NCBI GenBank assembly: GCA_947588655.1
Contig: CANPYS010000003.1
Location: forward strand, 11,904 to 75,903
Direction of reading: 5' to 3'
Origin: an uncultured Alphaproteobacteria bacterium
GTDB lineage: Bacteria > Pseudomonadota > Alphaproteobacteria > RF32 > CAG-239
Length of the DNA: 64,000 nucleotides
The translations under genes and the position numbers were made by a program. Within the stretch, counting starts at the first letter, position 1; each line of letters begins with the position of its first letter. The notes beneath the pieces were generated by a model. It was not told the DNA's origin. It did no database searches and worked only from the letters and a program-made list of their open reading frames with translations. This document shows positions 47,332 to 58,366 of the stretch, piece after piece.

Positions 47332-47342
47332 GGGGGTGCGCA

Positions 47343-47678
47343 ATGATTAAAACAATCAAGGATTTGATTATTGAGTTCGGTTTGGTAGGATTTGCTTTCG
47401 GCATTTTATCAATTTTCTGGACAAAGGAGCAGTTGTCGCCAAAAGATAGGATGAAAAAGGTGTTTGCTTCGATCACGTTAAGCCTGATTATCGGCAGTAT
47501 CTGCATGGGCGTTGGCGTCAACGAATACCTTACATTTGCAATCATCGGCGGCGGTTGTAGCTTTGCCCGTGAATTTTTTGACGTTGTCGGCGGAATATTA
47601 AAGATCTTGGGCGAACGTCCGATAGAAACGGTTAAGCATATTGTCAACATCATTCGGGGGAAAAGCGATGAAATTTAA
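47343..47678 (+). CDS. holin
   Basis: 111 aa with 3 predicted TM helices and a charged C-terminus. Located just after the endolysin. Confidence 0.55.
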   Translation: MIKTIKDLIIEFGLVGFAFGILSIFWTKEQLSPKDRMKKVFASITLSLIIGSICMGVGVNEYLTFAIIGGGCSFAREFFDVVGGILKILGERPIETVKHIVNIIRGKSDEI

Positions 47679-47931
47679 GCTAATTCGTGGGCTTGGTAAT
47701 ATCGTCCTTATGGCGCTTGCGGCGGCGGCATTATGGCTTTGGGGCGGACACCAAGTAGAAAAACGCGCCTTTGCAGAGTGTGAAGCGCAATATCACAAGC
47801 AACTTGTTGAAATTGAAAGGTCTTATAAAAAGGAGTTGAAAAATGTTGAGAAACAAAGAGAAGTTATTCATAGCAAGCCTAATGCTACTCGCGACAGCTT
47901 GCTCCACGCCATGCACAAAGGTCTATTATAA
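47668..47931 (+). CDS. i-spanin (Rz-like)
   Basis: 87 aa with an N-terminal TM helix and a coiled-coil. Its start overlaps the holin stop. Confidence 0.5.
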   Translation: MKFKLIRGLGNIVLMALAAAALWLWGGHQVEKRAFAECEAQYHKQLVEIERSYKKELKNVEKQREVIHSKPNATRDSLLHAMHKGLL

Positions 47932-48091
47932 TTATTGTCCAATTTATCCGGTTGCAGGGAAAAATGTTGCTCTAGAGCTTGAAAAAGTGAGTTATGAGGA
48001 ATATCCGGCGACTTGGGAATGGATCGGGCGCATTGATAAATTAAGGCAAGAACTTGAATTATGTAGGAGTAGAGAAAATGATGTTGAATAA
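47843..48091 (+). CDS. o-spanin (Rz1-like lipoprotein), overlapping the i-spanin 3' end
   Basis: 82 aa with a signal peptide followed by Cys (LLATAC|ST) and a Cys/Pro-rich mature region. It lies in a +1 frame overlapping the i-spanin. Confidence 0.5.
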   Translation: MLRNKEKLFIASLMLLATACSTPCTKVYYNYCPIYPVAGKNVALELEKVSYEEYPATWEWIGRIDKLRQELELCRSRENDVE

Positions 48092-48335
48092 TTTTAAAAT
48101 TGACGAGGACGCTCGTTTTGCAAACATTGTTTTGGCAGATTCAGAGCGTCAACCTTGTGAAATATGGACTCGCGTCATGGGGTATTTTCGCCCTGTTTCC
48201 GAATTTAATAAGGGGAAAAAGTCGGAATTTAAAAAACGCAAATGTTTTACGGAGGCAAAAGCGCTTGTGGGAATGGAAAATATTAAGATTCAAGCCTCGC
48301 TTGATGATGGTTGTTCTTGCGTCGCGGCAGAATGA
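48078..48335 (+). CDS. small protein with NrdD-like glycyl-radical C-terminal motif
   Basis: 85 aa. TRVMGYFRPVSEFNKGKKSEFKKR aligns with the class III RNR C-terminus (RVCGYLG...FNAGKQEEVKRR). Four Cys are available for a Zn ribbon. Confidence 0.35.
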   Translation: MMLNNFKIDEDARFANIVLADSERQPCEIWTRVMGYFRPVSEFNKGKKSEFKKRKCFTEAKALVGMENIKIQASLDDGCSCVAAE

Positions 48336-49564
48336 TTGTCTAGGGCGGCAATGGCGGCGGTAAATTTTTGCGGTGCAAGATGGGCATAGCGCATTGTCAT
48401 ATCTAGCGTTTTATGTCCCATGAGCTCCTTGACCGTGTATAAATCAACCCCCGCCATGACAAGCCAACTTGCGTATGTATGGCGCAAAGTGTGAAACACA
48501 GCTTTTTGCTGTCTGTCTGTTATCCCCTGATTAAATAGCTCATCTACAATTTCTTGATAACGATCAGATATTTCATGTAATGCGCCTCCGTTTATATCTT
48601 GAAAAATAAGACTTTCGCCTGTGATATTTAGCGATTCCACCCGTTTTTTTAACATAGTATGTATAATTTGCGGCATAGGAATATTGCGTGCGTTATGATT
48701 TTTAGATTTGCGAATCGTTAAGAATCCTGTATCAAAATTTATATCGTTTGCTTTTAATTCGTATAATTCGCCGGCTCTACAACCGCAATAAAGGGAAACA
48801 AGTGCCATTTCATAAACTTGCGATGTTTGGTTATCTTTGTAATATTGATATGTAAACGCTCTCTTGTCTTTTGGTTGTATTTTTTTTAAGCGCTCAAGCA
48901 ATATTTCCGCCTCAGCATGTGTAAAAAACCGCAATCTCTGATTTTCCAGTGGTAATAGTTTAATGTGTTGCGTTGGATTTTCCTTTGCTTTTTTCCATAA
49001 TATGGCTGTTTTGAAAATATGCCGGCAAAGTTTAATAACATGATTAATGGTTGCGGCGGCATATTTTTGCTCTTGGGATGTGCTTTTACCTTTTAGCATA
49101 GATTGTTTTATTTTTTCTATATCTTCAACTGTGATGGCTTTGAGCGGCTTTTCGCCTATATATTTCTTAATATGATTGTTGAAGTATTGTCTTTCGCATT
49201 TTATCCCTTTAGGTGTTTTTGTTCCATGTTGGGCGTTTTCATACAGATCATAAAAAGCGGCAAGGGTTATGCTCTCATTTTCATTTTCTTGCGCGGCTTT
49301 TCTTATAGACGCGTTTTTTTCTTTAAGCGATGTGTAACCCGAACCTTTTTTAATGTTCTCCCGAATCGTTTCCACTTCTGCCGCCGCCTTTGCCTCTGTA
49401 TAGCCCTCAGATTCCCAACCGAACCCCTCATCTCTTTGCTTTCCGTTTATTGTGTAACGCAGAATAAAATATCTGTCAAAACGAATGCCATTTTTACGCG
49501 TTGGGTGTGAGCGATAATAAACGCCTTTATATCTTGTTTTTTGTTTTGTGCTTTTCTCAACCAT
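48290..49564 (-). CDS. int: tyrosine integrase
   Basis: 424 aa. The C-terminal catalytic region HTLRHTYASWLVMAGVDLYTVKELMGHKTLDMTMRYAHL carries the R-H-R-Y residues. Arm-type repeats precede the start, and attR lies 160 bp away. Confidence 0.9.
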   Translation of the reverse strand: MVEKSTKQKTRYKGVYYRSHPTRKNGIRFDRYFILRYTINGKQRDEGFGWESEGYTEAKAAAEVETIRENIKKGSGYTSLKEKNASIRKAAQENENESITLAAFYDLYENAQHGTKTPKGIKCERQYFNNHIKKYIGEKPLKAITVEDIEKIKQSMLKGKSTSQEQKYAAATINHVIKLCRHIFKTAILWKKAKENPTQHIKLLPLENQRLRFFTHAEAEILLERLKKIQPKDKRAFTYQYYKDNQTSQVYEMALVSLYCGCRAGELYELKANDINFDTGFLTIRKSKNHNARNIPMPQIIHTMLKKRVESLNITGESLIFQDINGGALHEISDRYQEIVDELFNQGITDRQQKAVFHTLRHTYASWLVMAGVDLYTVKELMGHKTLDMTMRYAHLAPQKFTAAIAALDNHSAATQEQPSSSEA

Positions 49565-49725
49565 ATAAAGTTGTCCCTAATTTGTCCCTAATTTTTACAT
49601 TAAATGCTATTAAGGGAAATTAATGATAATTAAAAGAATGATAGAGCAAAAAGCGCTTGAAGTCAAGGGTTTTGTACTTACGAATTAATGCTAATTAAAA
49701 TCATTTAAAGTCACATTAAATCAGA

Positions 49726-49770
49726 TTCGCAATCTGTAGGTCGTGGGTTCAATCCCCATCAGCTCCACCA
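49726..49770 (+). repeat. attR core (45-bp copy of tRNA-Ala 3' end)
   Basis: Identical to 9372-9416. Three further upstream nt also match, with one mismatch at the junction. Confidence 0.85.
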
Positions 49771-49780
49771 AATTAAAAAA

Positions 49781-49802
49781 GCACCTTAGGGTGCTTTTTT
49801 AA
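49781..49802 (+). terminator. hairpin terminator after attR
   Basis: GCACC-TTAG-GGTGC followed by TTTTTT. Confidence 0.5.
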
Positions 49803-49805
49803 TTT

Positions 49806-49925
49806 GGCGCTCGCTGTGGGGATACTTGCTCCGTAAGCTTTGCGTTAATCGCAAAGCTAACTGCGCTTCGGACAAGATATTGTAACACTTGCTTCGCTCG
49901 CCTGTCGGCGGCTCGCGCGTTAACA
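49806..49925 (+). repeat. intergenic repeat family copy 1 (about 110 bp)
   Basis: Shares CTTGCTC-GTAAG...TTGCGTTAA-GCAAA...CTCGCTTCGG...GCCTGTCGGCG-CTCGC with 55262-55385 and, in reverse complement, with 53030-53135. Confidence 0.7.
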
Positions 49926-49981
49926 AAATCTGATTAAAGTCCATAAAAATTATCCGTTGGGATATTTTTTATGAACTTTAA

Positions 49982-50082
49982 CCCATCAGCTCCACCACTA
50001 GAAAAATAAAGGCTTTCACGGTTTTTGTGAGAGCCTTATTTTTGTTCTAAAAACAAAGTTGTCCCTAATTTGTCCCACTTTT
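49982..50082 (+). repeat. relic att: last 16 nt of tRNA-Ala plus about 85 bp of tRNA-downstream flank
   Basis: CCCATCAGCTCCACCACTAGAAAAATAAAGGCTTTCACGG...AAAGTTGTCCCTAATTTGTCCC is a near-identical copy of 9401-9501, with a few mismatches. Confidence 0.75.
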
Positions 50083-50171
50083 ACCCTAAAAATTACGCTA
50101 TCTCCACTACTCTCCGTGTTTTATTTTTTAGCCGTTGATAACTTTTGATTATTGTTTGTTAAAAATTTTGA

Positions 50172-52661
<2,490 letters not shown>

Positions 52662-52698
52662 CGAGAGGGAACGCGTCTAATGGGCGCCTAATCGTTCA

Positions 52699-52910
52699 AA
52701 AAGAGGATTTGAAATTCACGTACTTCTAGGTCTTACTCATAAGGGTTGCCAGAAATGGCAACCCTAACTCGTTTCGGTCACTTGCTTTGTAAAACCTGCC
52801 ACGGTCGCTACCGCTCCCTAGCAGTTTTAACAAAGCTACGCCGCTTGTGGTAAAAACAACCCGTTGGGGTTGTTTTTATCCTCGCGCGCTAAAATTCCAA
52901 ATCCTCTTTT
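52699..52910. mobile_element. MITE-like element bounded by 18-bp terminal inverted repeats
   Basis: AAAAGAGGATTTGAAATT (52699-52716) and the reverse complement of AATTCCAAATCCTCTTTT (52893-52910) match with 1 mismatch. The interior contains a GGGTTGCCA-GAAA-TGGCAACCC GNRA hairpin and an AACAACCC/GGGTTGTT terminator hairpin. Confidence 0.45.
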
Positions 52911-53029
52911 CTCACTTCTATTTGCCTCATTATCCGCATTCCCAACTTCTCCGTCCGTCACTCTGACGACCGTAGGGTAGAGCCTAAAAAACAACAAAAG
53001 TAATTGTTGTTTTTTAGGCGAGATAACGC

Positions 53030-53135
53030 GATTGTTAGCTTGCGAGGCGGCGACAGACGCCAAAGCAAGCGTTACAGAGCGGTGACCGAAGCGAGTTAGT
53101 TTTGCGCTAAACGCAAAACTTACGAGCAAGTAGAG
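53030..53135 (-). repeat. intergenic repeat family copy 2 (reverse orientation)
   Basis: Reverse complement of the 55262-55385 element. The central hairpin is GTTTTGCG-CTAAA-CGCAAAAC. Confidence 0.7.
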
Positions 53136-53149
53136 TTTTCAAAACAACA

Positions 53150-53475
53150 AAAGTAATTGGTGTTTTTTGGGCTCTACGCCTCAGAATGACATAAATATTC
53201 TCATTAAAATCAACAACTTATCAACAAAACGTGTGCAAAAAAAGGTACGTTTAAATGTGCAATTTGTCAAGCAAATAATGCATTGTTTTTTCAAATATAA
53301 ATTTCTTTGACGATTTGCGCATTTAAACGTACCTTTTTTTGAGAAGATTCTCAAAGGTCATCCTGAACTCGTTTCAGGATCTCATAAAAAGAGATGCTGA
53401 AACAAGTTCAGCATGACATTTGGGGGCGTTTCAGAATAACGATTCGGATGGGGACTAATAATTAAGGAGCAGATA
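53150..53475 (+). repeat. duplicated upstream region (copy 1) of the secreted Cys-rich protein family
   Basis: About 90% identical to 55393-55732. It contains a long inverted repeat GGTACGTTTAAATGTGCAA (53244-53262) / TTGCGCATTTAAACGTACC (53315-53333) flanking a 52-bp core, and a GCTGAAACAAGTTCAGC hairpin. Confidence 0.75.
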
Positions 53476-54501
53476 ATGAAGTATGTTTTATTTTTGATAG
53501 CAATTTTGTTTTCAAATCAAGCGGTGGCATTAGATTGTAGCAAACAACCGACCTGTGAAGAATTAAATTATTCCAAAGAAGATAATCCGAAATGTGATAA
53601 AAACGGTTATATTCTTTGCCCTTACGACCAATCATATAAAAAGTGTGTGCAATATAATTGTGAAACTTTAGGCTTTACACAATCGGATAAATCCTCTTGG
53701 TGTGGCAAAATTTCAAAATGCCCAACAGATAACACATTCACGCTTTGCAAAGCCCTATGTGAAGTTGGCGATGTTTATTATGACAACGGCACCTGCGGGT
53801 ATGTTGATGATTATGACAACACTAAAACCCCTGTCGGCGTGGTGTTTTATACAACAGACGAAGGTCGCCACGGGACAGTCATCAACCTCAAAGATTTATC
53901 CATTGACAGCGAGACGTATGTTTTTAACCCCGATTCTCCATATGATTCTGATTTAAAAATGATTCCTTATGGTCTTCATAATACAGATGTTCCCGAAATT
54001 GAGAATCATCCTTATTGGGACAAGGATAAATTAAAACAAGAACTTGAAAATCGCTCATCTGATATGTACGAGGGCAAACGTTTAACTGCGGTTTTGGCGC
54101 AAACAGAACCTAAGGATGGTAGCTGTTTGAACGGTAATTATCAAACAAACACGCCCGATTATGCCAAGTATTGTCAAGCCACCGCCGCCAAAGCCGCGCT
54201 CGCGTTTTATCCGCCACTCACCTCGCCTGGAAATCCGCTCACAGGCCAAGGAAAATGGTATTTACCTGCAATTGGGAACTGGTCAGATTTTTGCGAGCCA
54301 CGTCATACGGTCAATGCCACACTGAAAAAGCTGGCAGAAAAAGGCGCACAAGCAGCTCAGTTAACTTGGGCTAATTCTTGGTCTGTTTCCACCACGGAAC
54401 AGCTGAGTACAGCAGAATGGACGATGGCTATGGATAATTGCAATTTCGGACTCCATTATAAAAATAGCCCAAAGTACGTGCGCGTATTTTTAGATTTTTA
54501 A
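53476..54501 (+). CDS. secreted Cys-rich protein (family member 1)
   Basis: 341 aa with a signal peptide. The 75-aa Cys-rich N-terminal module is near-identical to the 55733 paralog. The C-terminal domain is unique. Confidence 0.6.
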   Translation: MKYVLFLIAILFSNQAVALDCSKQPTCEELNYSKEDNPKCDKNGYILCPYDQSYKKCVQYNCETLGFTQSDKSSWCGKISKCPTDNTFTLCKALCEVGDVYYDNGTCGYVDDYDNTKTPVGVVFYTTDEGRHGTVINLKDLSIDSETYVFNPDSPYDSDLKMIPYGLHNTDVPEIENHPYWDKDKLKQELENRSSDMYEGKRLTAVLAQTEPKDGSCLNGNYQTNTPDYAKYCQATAAKAALAFYPPLTSPGNPLTGQGKWYLPAIGNWSDFCEPRHTVNATLKKLAEKGAQAAQLTWANSWSVSTTEQLSTAEWTMAMDNCNFGLHYKNSPKYVRVFLDF

Positions 54502-55202
54502 GCTAACGATTGCGCAACGGCTTTTAAGACTTGCAAAAACATTTCATCTTTCTGAGGATTAAATTGCGAATCAAACGGATTCTCTAAAAGATGATAAATA
54601 TCACAATCGGTCGGCACAAGTTGCGGCAGATAGCGCCGACAAAATGCCGTTTCCGCCGCCGGCAAATCAGAGGTATCATAGCCGATTTGCGCCAAAAGTT
54701 TGGCAACATCATTTTCTTCAACGCGCGCGGCATTTTTGAGCCGATACCATTTCCCGATGCCGTGACGCGCCAAATAAGCCCAAGGGAAAGCCTTGCCAGG
54801 GTCGGGCTTGCGCGTGGGCGCGATATCCGAATGCCCTACAATGTTTTCGGGCTTGATGTGATACTTCCTCATCAGCCGATGACAAAGCCTGATGAGCGCG
54901 CTGATTTGTCGCTTATCATAAGCTTCTTGTCCCAAAGTGTTGGAGCAAATTTCAATCCCGATTGAAAAATTATTCAGCCCCTCTCTGCCCCGCCAAAAAC
55001 TTTTGCCGGCATGCCAGGCACGTTTATGCTCCGGCACAAGGGAAATAAGACGCCCGTTAGGGGCAATCAGATAATGCGCGCTCACTTTCGCCTCATGAAA
55101 ACTTTTGAGTGCGTCATCAACATCAAACGCCAAACAATGAATAACGAGCATATCAATTTCGCCCGCGCGTTCATCACAATAGGACAATTCTAGTCTTTGC
55201 AT
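54498..55202 (-). CDS. ampD: N-acetylmuramoyl-L-alanine amidase, AmpD-like (amidase_2)
   Basis: Motifs AHYLIAPNG, AWHAGKSFW, FSIGIEI and VGHSDIAPTRKPDPG are present. The true start is probably the internal Met at 55151. Confidence 0.8.
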   Translation of the reverse strand: MQRLELSYCDERAGEIDMLVIHCLAFDVDDALKSFHEAKVSAHYLIAPNGRLISLVPEHKRAWHAGKSFWRGREGLNNFSIGIEICSNTLGQEAYDKRQISALIRLCHRLMRKYHIKPENIVGHSDIAPTRKPDPGKAFPWAYLARHGIGKWYRLKNAARVEENDVAKLLAQIGYDTSDLPAAETAFCRRYLPQLVPTDCDIYHLLENPFDSQFNPQKDEMFLQVLKAVAQSLA

Positions 55203-55261
55203 TTCAAACCTCTTTAAAACGCATTATCAACTCAAAAAATTAAAATATAGCTAATTTGTTT

Positions 55262-55385
55262 CACCTGGATTCTTCGGCTTCTTGCTCGTAAGTGTTGCGT
55301 TAATTGCAAAACAAACTCGCTTCGGTCACCGCTCTGTAACGCTTGCTTTGGCGCCTGTCGGCGTCTCGCAAGCTAACACTCGCGT
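55262..55385 (+). repeat. intergenic repeat family copy 3
   Basis: See 49806-49925. Followed by a CAAAAAACACCAATTACTTTTGGTGTTTTTTG hairpin. Confidence 0.7.
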
Positions 55386-55392
55386 TATCTCG

Positions 55393-55732
55393 CCCAAAAA
55401 ACACCAATTACTTTTGGTGTTTTTTGGGCTCTACGCCTCAGAATGACATAAATATTCTCATTAAAATCAATAACTTATCATCTAAATACGCACAAAAAAA
55501 GGTACCTTTAAATGCGCATTTTGTCAAGCAAATAATGCATTGTTTTTCTAAATATTTTTTCACTAGATAATTTGAACATTTAAACGTACGTTTTTTTGAG
55601 AAGATTCTCAAAGGTCATCCTGAACTCGTTTCAGGATCTCATAAAAAGAGATGCTGAAACAAGTTCAGCATGACATTTGGGGCGTTCAGCATGACGATTC
55701 GGATGGGAAACTTTGTAATTAAGGAGCAAAGA
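55393..55732 (+). repeat. duplicated upstream region (copy 2)
   Basis: Paralogous to 53150-53475. The inverted-repeat arms are GGTACCTTTAAATGCGCA (55501-55518) and TGAACATTTAAACGTACG (55573-55590). Confidence 0.75.
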
Positions 55733-56926
55733 ATGAAGTACGTTTTAATTTTGATGATGGTTTTATTTTCAAATCAGGCGGTGGCGCTAGATTGTAGCAA
55801 ACAACCAACTTGTGCAGAGTTAAATTATTCCAAAGAAGATAATCCGAAATGTGATAAAAATGGTTATATTCTTTGCCCTTATGACCAATCATATAAAAAG
55901 TGTGTGCAATATAACTGTGAAGCTTTAGGTTTTACCGAATCGGACAAAACATCGTGGTGTGCTGACCTCATCAAATGCAAGGGCAATGAAAAAATGACGC
56001 TTTGTCAAAAACCGTGTTTTGCAACCACTTATGAGGAACTTAGCAATCTTGCTAAATCGGGCAAATGCAAAGTGGTAACCGTGCGTCATGATATTACAGT
56101 CCCTCAAAACCAAAGCATTACCCTTGCCGCAAATACCACGATTGACGGCGGCGGGCATACGTTGTTCACCTCTGCTAACAAAGCCGGACAACTTTTTTAT
56201 ATAAAAGAAAATTGCACTTTTAAAAACCTTACGATAGAGCATCATCAAACAGAAACTCAATCTTATCGTATAATATATTCTGAAAATATTTATTTTTTGC
56301 ATGATGTAACTTGTCATGTAAAATCAGATTATACAGAAAATCATTATACTTATCTTTGGGGAGCGCCAAATGTTATTAGTGGGTTATTTAAAATTGATTT
56401 AGATGCACATTGGCATTGGATTCTTTTTGCACATGGAATGGTACAATTTAAAAATGCCGAGTTGGATGTAGATTTAAAAGGGGTAAGCTCTGATGCTTTT
56501 TATCATGCAAACTTTGAAAACAGTCATGGACGGCTTAGTCAAGAGGGAGCGTTAACGTTGAGTGGCGCAACTTTAGAATTTACAAATTCACAAATTGTTT
56601 TTGAAAATTCATTATTTTATGCGGATATTCCAGAAAATACACCAAAAATTACATTGAATGAAGGTTCTGAAATTACATTTAAAAAACCTTCTGCCCAGCA
56701 TGCTCATCCTCATAGCCCGCAGATTATCTTAAATGGAACGGATAAGAACCCCGCCAAGCTCATTTTAGAGGGTGACGACACAATTTTTCAAAATCAGATT
56801 CAAATTATAACCAAAAACCTTACGGATGTTCTTGTCATAAATGGTGTGACTTATAAGCCAACACAAATCGGCACAACGCTTTTATCAGAAATTGAAAATT
56901 CGCAAAATTGGACACGGGTTCAATAA
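55733..56926 (+). CDS. secreted Cys-rich protein (family member 2) with beta-helix-like C-terminal region
   Basis: Started at MKYVLILMM with an AAGGAG RBS. The N-terminal 75 aa are about 90% identical to 53476-53700. The C-terminus has repetitive NxT/ITL-type strands. Confidence 0.6.
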   Translation: MKYVLILMMVLFSNQAVALDCSKQPTCAELNYSKEDNPKCDKNGYILCPYDQSYKKCVQYNCEALGFTESDKTSWCADLIKCKGNEKMTLCQKPCFATTYEELSNLAKSGKCKVVTVRHDITVPQNQSITLAANTTIDGGGHTLFTSANKAGQLFYIKENCTFKNLTIEHHQTETQSYRIIYSENIYFLHDVTCHVKSDYTENHYTYLWGAPNVISGLFKIDLDAHWHWILFAHGMVQFKNAELDVDLKGVSSDAFYHANFENSHGRLSQEGALTLSGATLEFTNSQIVFENSLFYADIPENTPKITLNEGSEITFKKPSAQHAHPHSPQIILNGTDKNPAKLILEGDDTIFQNQIQIITKNLTDVLVINGVTYKPTQIGTTLLSEIENSQNWTRVQ

Positions 56927-57243
56927 GCACCCCTCCTTCTTGCTCATAGAGCAGAGCTTACGAGCAAAAGCGAAGAGTCCAGGACAATAAATTAGCTATA
57001 TTATTTGTCCTGGATGCTTCGCGAATGCCCTTCGGGCAAAGCTCAGCATGACGTCCCTAGGCAGCCGCAACGCCAATAAACAAATCCTTATTTTGCATCC
57101 AAACCAAGGGAATGCGGAGAGTGGTGCAGATAAAGTCGTTTTAAGGGCGAGGGAAATTCTAGTGTACAAAAGAGGTACATGAATTTCCCGAGACCCGCAA
57201 AAACGGCTTTAGATGCGCCGCTATACGCATTCCCTCACGGGAG

Positions 57244-58278
57244 CTAGTACTTTTGCGCCATCAAAGCCAAAGGAAGGGGCTTAATTTTATCTGCATTCCC
57301 CGCCGCTCCAAAGGCGATGTAACGCGCCTCACAAACTTTTTGCATTTCTTCTATAGCGGGTTTGAGATATTTGCGCGGATCAAATTCTTTGGGATTCTCG
57401 GCAAAAAGACGACGAATAGCGCCGGTGATGGCCATGCGGGAGTCTGTGTCCACATTCACTTTGCGCACACCTGAACGAATGCCGCGCACAATCTCTTCCA
57501 CAGGCACGCCGTAAGTTTGCGGAATGGCGCCACCGTATGCATTAATCAAGTCTTGCAATTCCTGCGGAACGGAAGAAGAGCCGTGCATCACCATGTGCGT
57601 ATTGGGAAGTTTTTGGTGGATTTTTTCAATCACATCAATCGCCAAAATATCGCCGTCGGGCTTACGCGTAAATTTATATGCGCCGTGCGATGTTCCAACC
57701 GCCACCGCCAAGGCATCAACATTTGTTTCCGCCACAAAACGCGCCGCCTCGTCCGGATCAGTTACAAGGCGCTTTTTATCAATCAAGCCTTCCGCGCCAT
57801 GACCGTCTTCTTTATCGGCCTTGCCGGTTTCTAACGAGCCAATCACGCCAAGCTCGCCCTCAACGGACGCTCCAACGGCATGCGCGCGCGCCACAACTTC
57901 TTTGGTCACGCGAACATTATATTCATACGAAGAAGGCGTTTTGCCGTCAGATTCCAACGAGCCGTCCATCATCACGGAAGAATAGCCGTTCACAAGCGCC
58001 GACTGGCAAATATCCACCGATGAGCCATGATCTTGGTGCAAACAAATCGGGAGTTCCGGGAACATCTCAATCCCTGCCGCCACCATATGGCGAATCATCG
58101 GATCGCCGGCAAACTTGCGCGCGCCTGTAGATGTTTGCAAAATCACAGGGGCATTAACCTTGCGCGCCGCTTGTAAAACGGCAATAATTTGTTCCATATC
58201 ATTAATATTAAACGCCGGCACGCCATAACCGTTTTCAGCGGCGTGATCCAAAAGTTGGCGCATAGAAATCAAAGGCAT
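57244..58278 (-). CDS. fbaA: fructose-bisphosphate aldolase, class II
   Basis: 344 aa. Class II FBA signatures include [16 protein letters not shown] and HGSSSVPQE. Confidence 0.9.
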   Translation of the reverse strand: MPLISMRQLLDHAAENGYGVPAFNINDMEQIIAVLQAARKVNAPVILQTSTGARKFAGDPMIRHMVAAGIEMFPELPICLHQDHGSSVDICQSALVNGYSSVMMDGSLESDGKTPSSYEYNVRVTKEVVARAHAVGASVEGELGVIGSLETGKADKEDGHGAEGLIDKKRLVTDPDEAARFVAETNVDALAVAVGTSHGAYKFTRKPDGDILAIDVIEKIHQKLPNTHMVMHGSSSVPQELQDLINAYGGAIPQTYGVPVEEIVRGIRSGVRKVNVDTDSRMAITGAIRRLFAENPKEFDPRKYLKPAIEEMQKVCEARYIAFGAAGNADKIKPLPLALMAQKY

Positions 58279-58366
58279 TTTCTTCTCCTTAAAATATTTT
58301 CATCTCAAAGAACTATAAAAGATTTCGTTTAATTTGCAAGCAAAATAAGCTAAGGTGTAAACAGGC

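Noticed and set aside
9341-49770. T7-like (Autographiviridae) classification of the prophage
   Set aside because: The structural gene order is reminiscent of podoviruses. However there is no phage RNA polymerase, the terminase genes precede the head genes, and a full lysogeny module is present. Only 'temperate podovirus-like' can be said.
57517-58130. Three + strand ORFs (92-150 aa) inside fbaA
   Set aside because: They are antisense to a highly conserved class II aldolase gene. The Pro/Arg-rich translations are typical of shadow frames.
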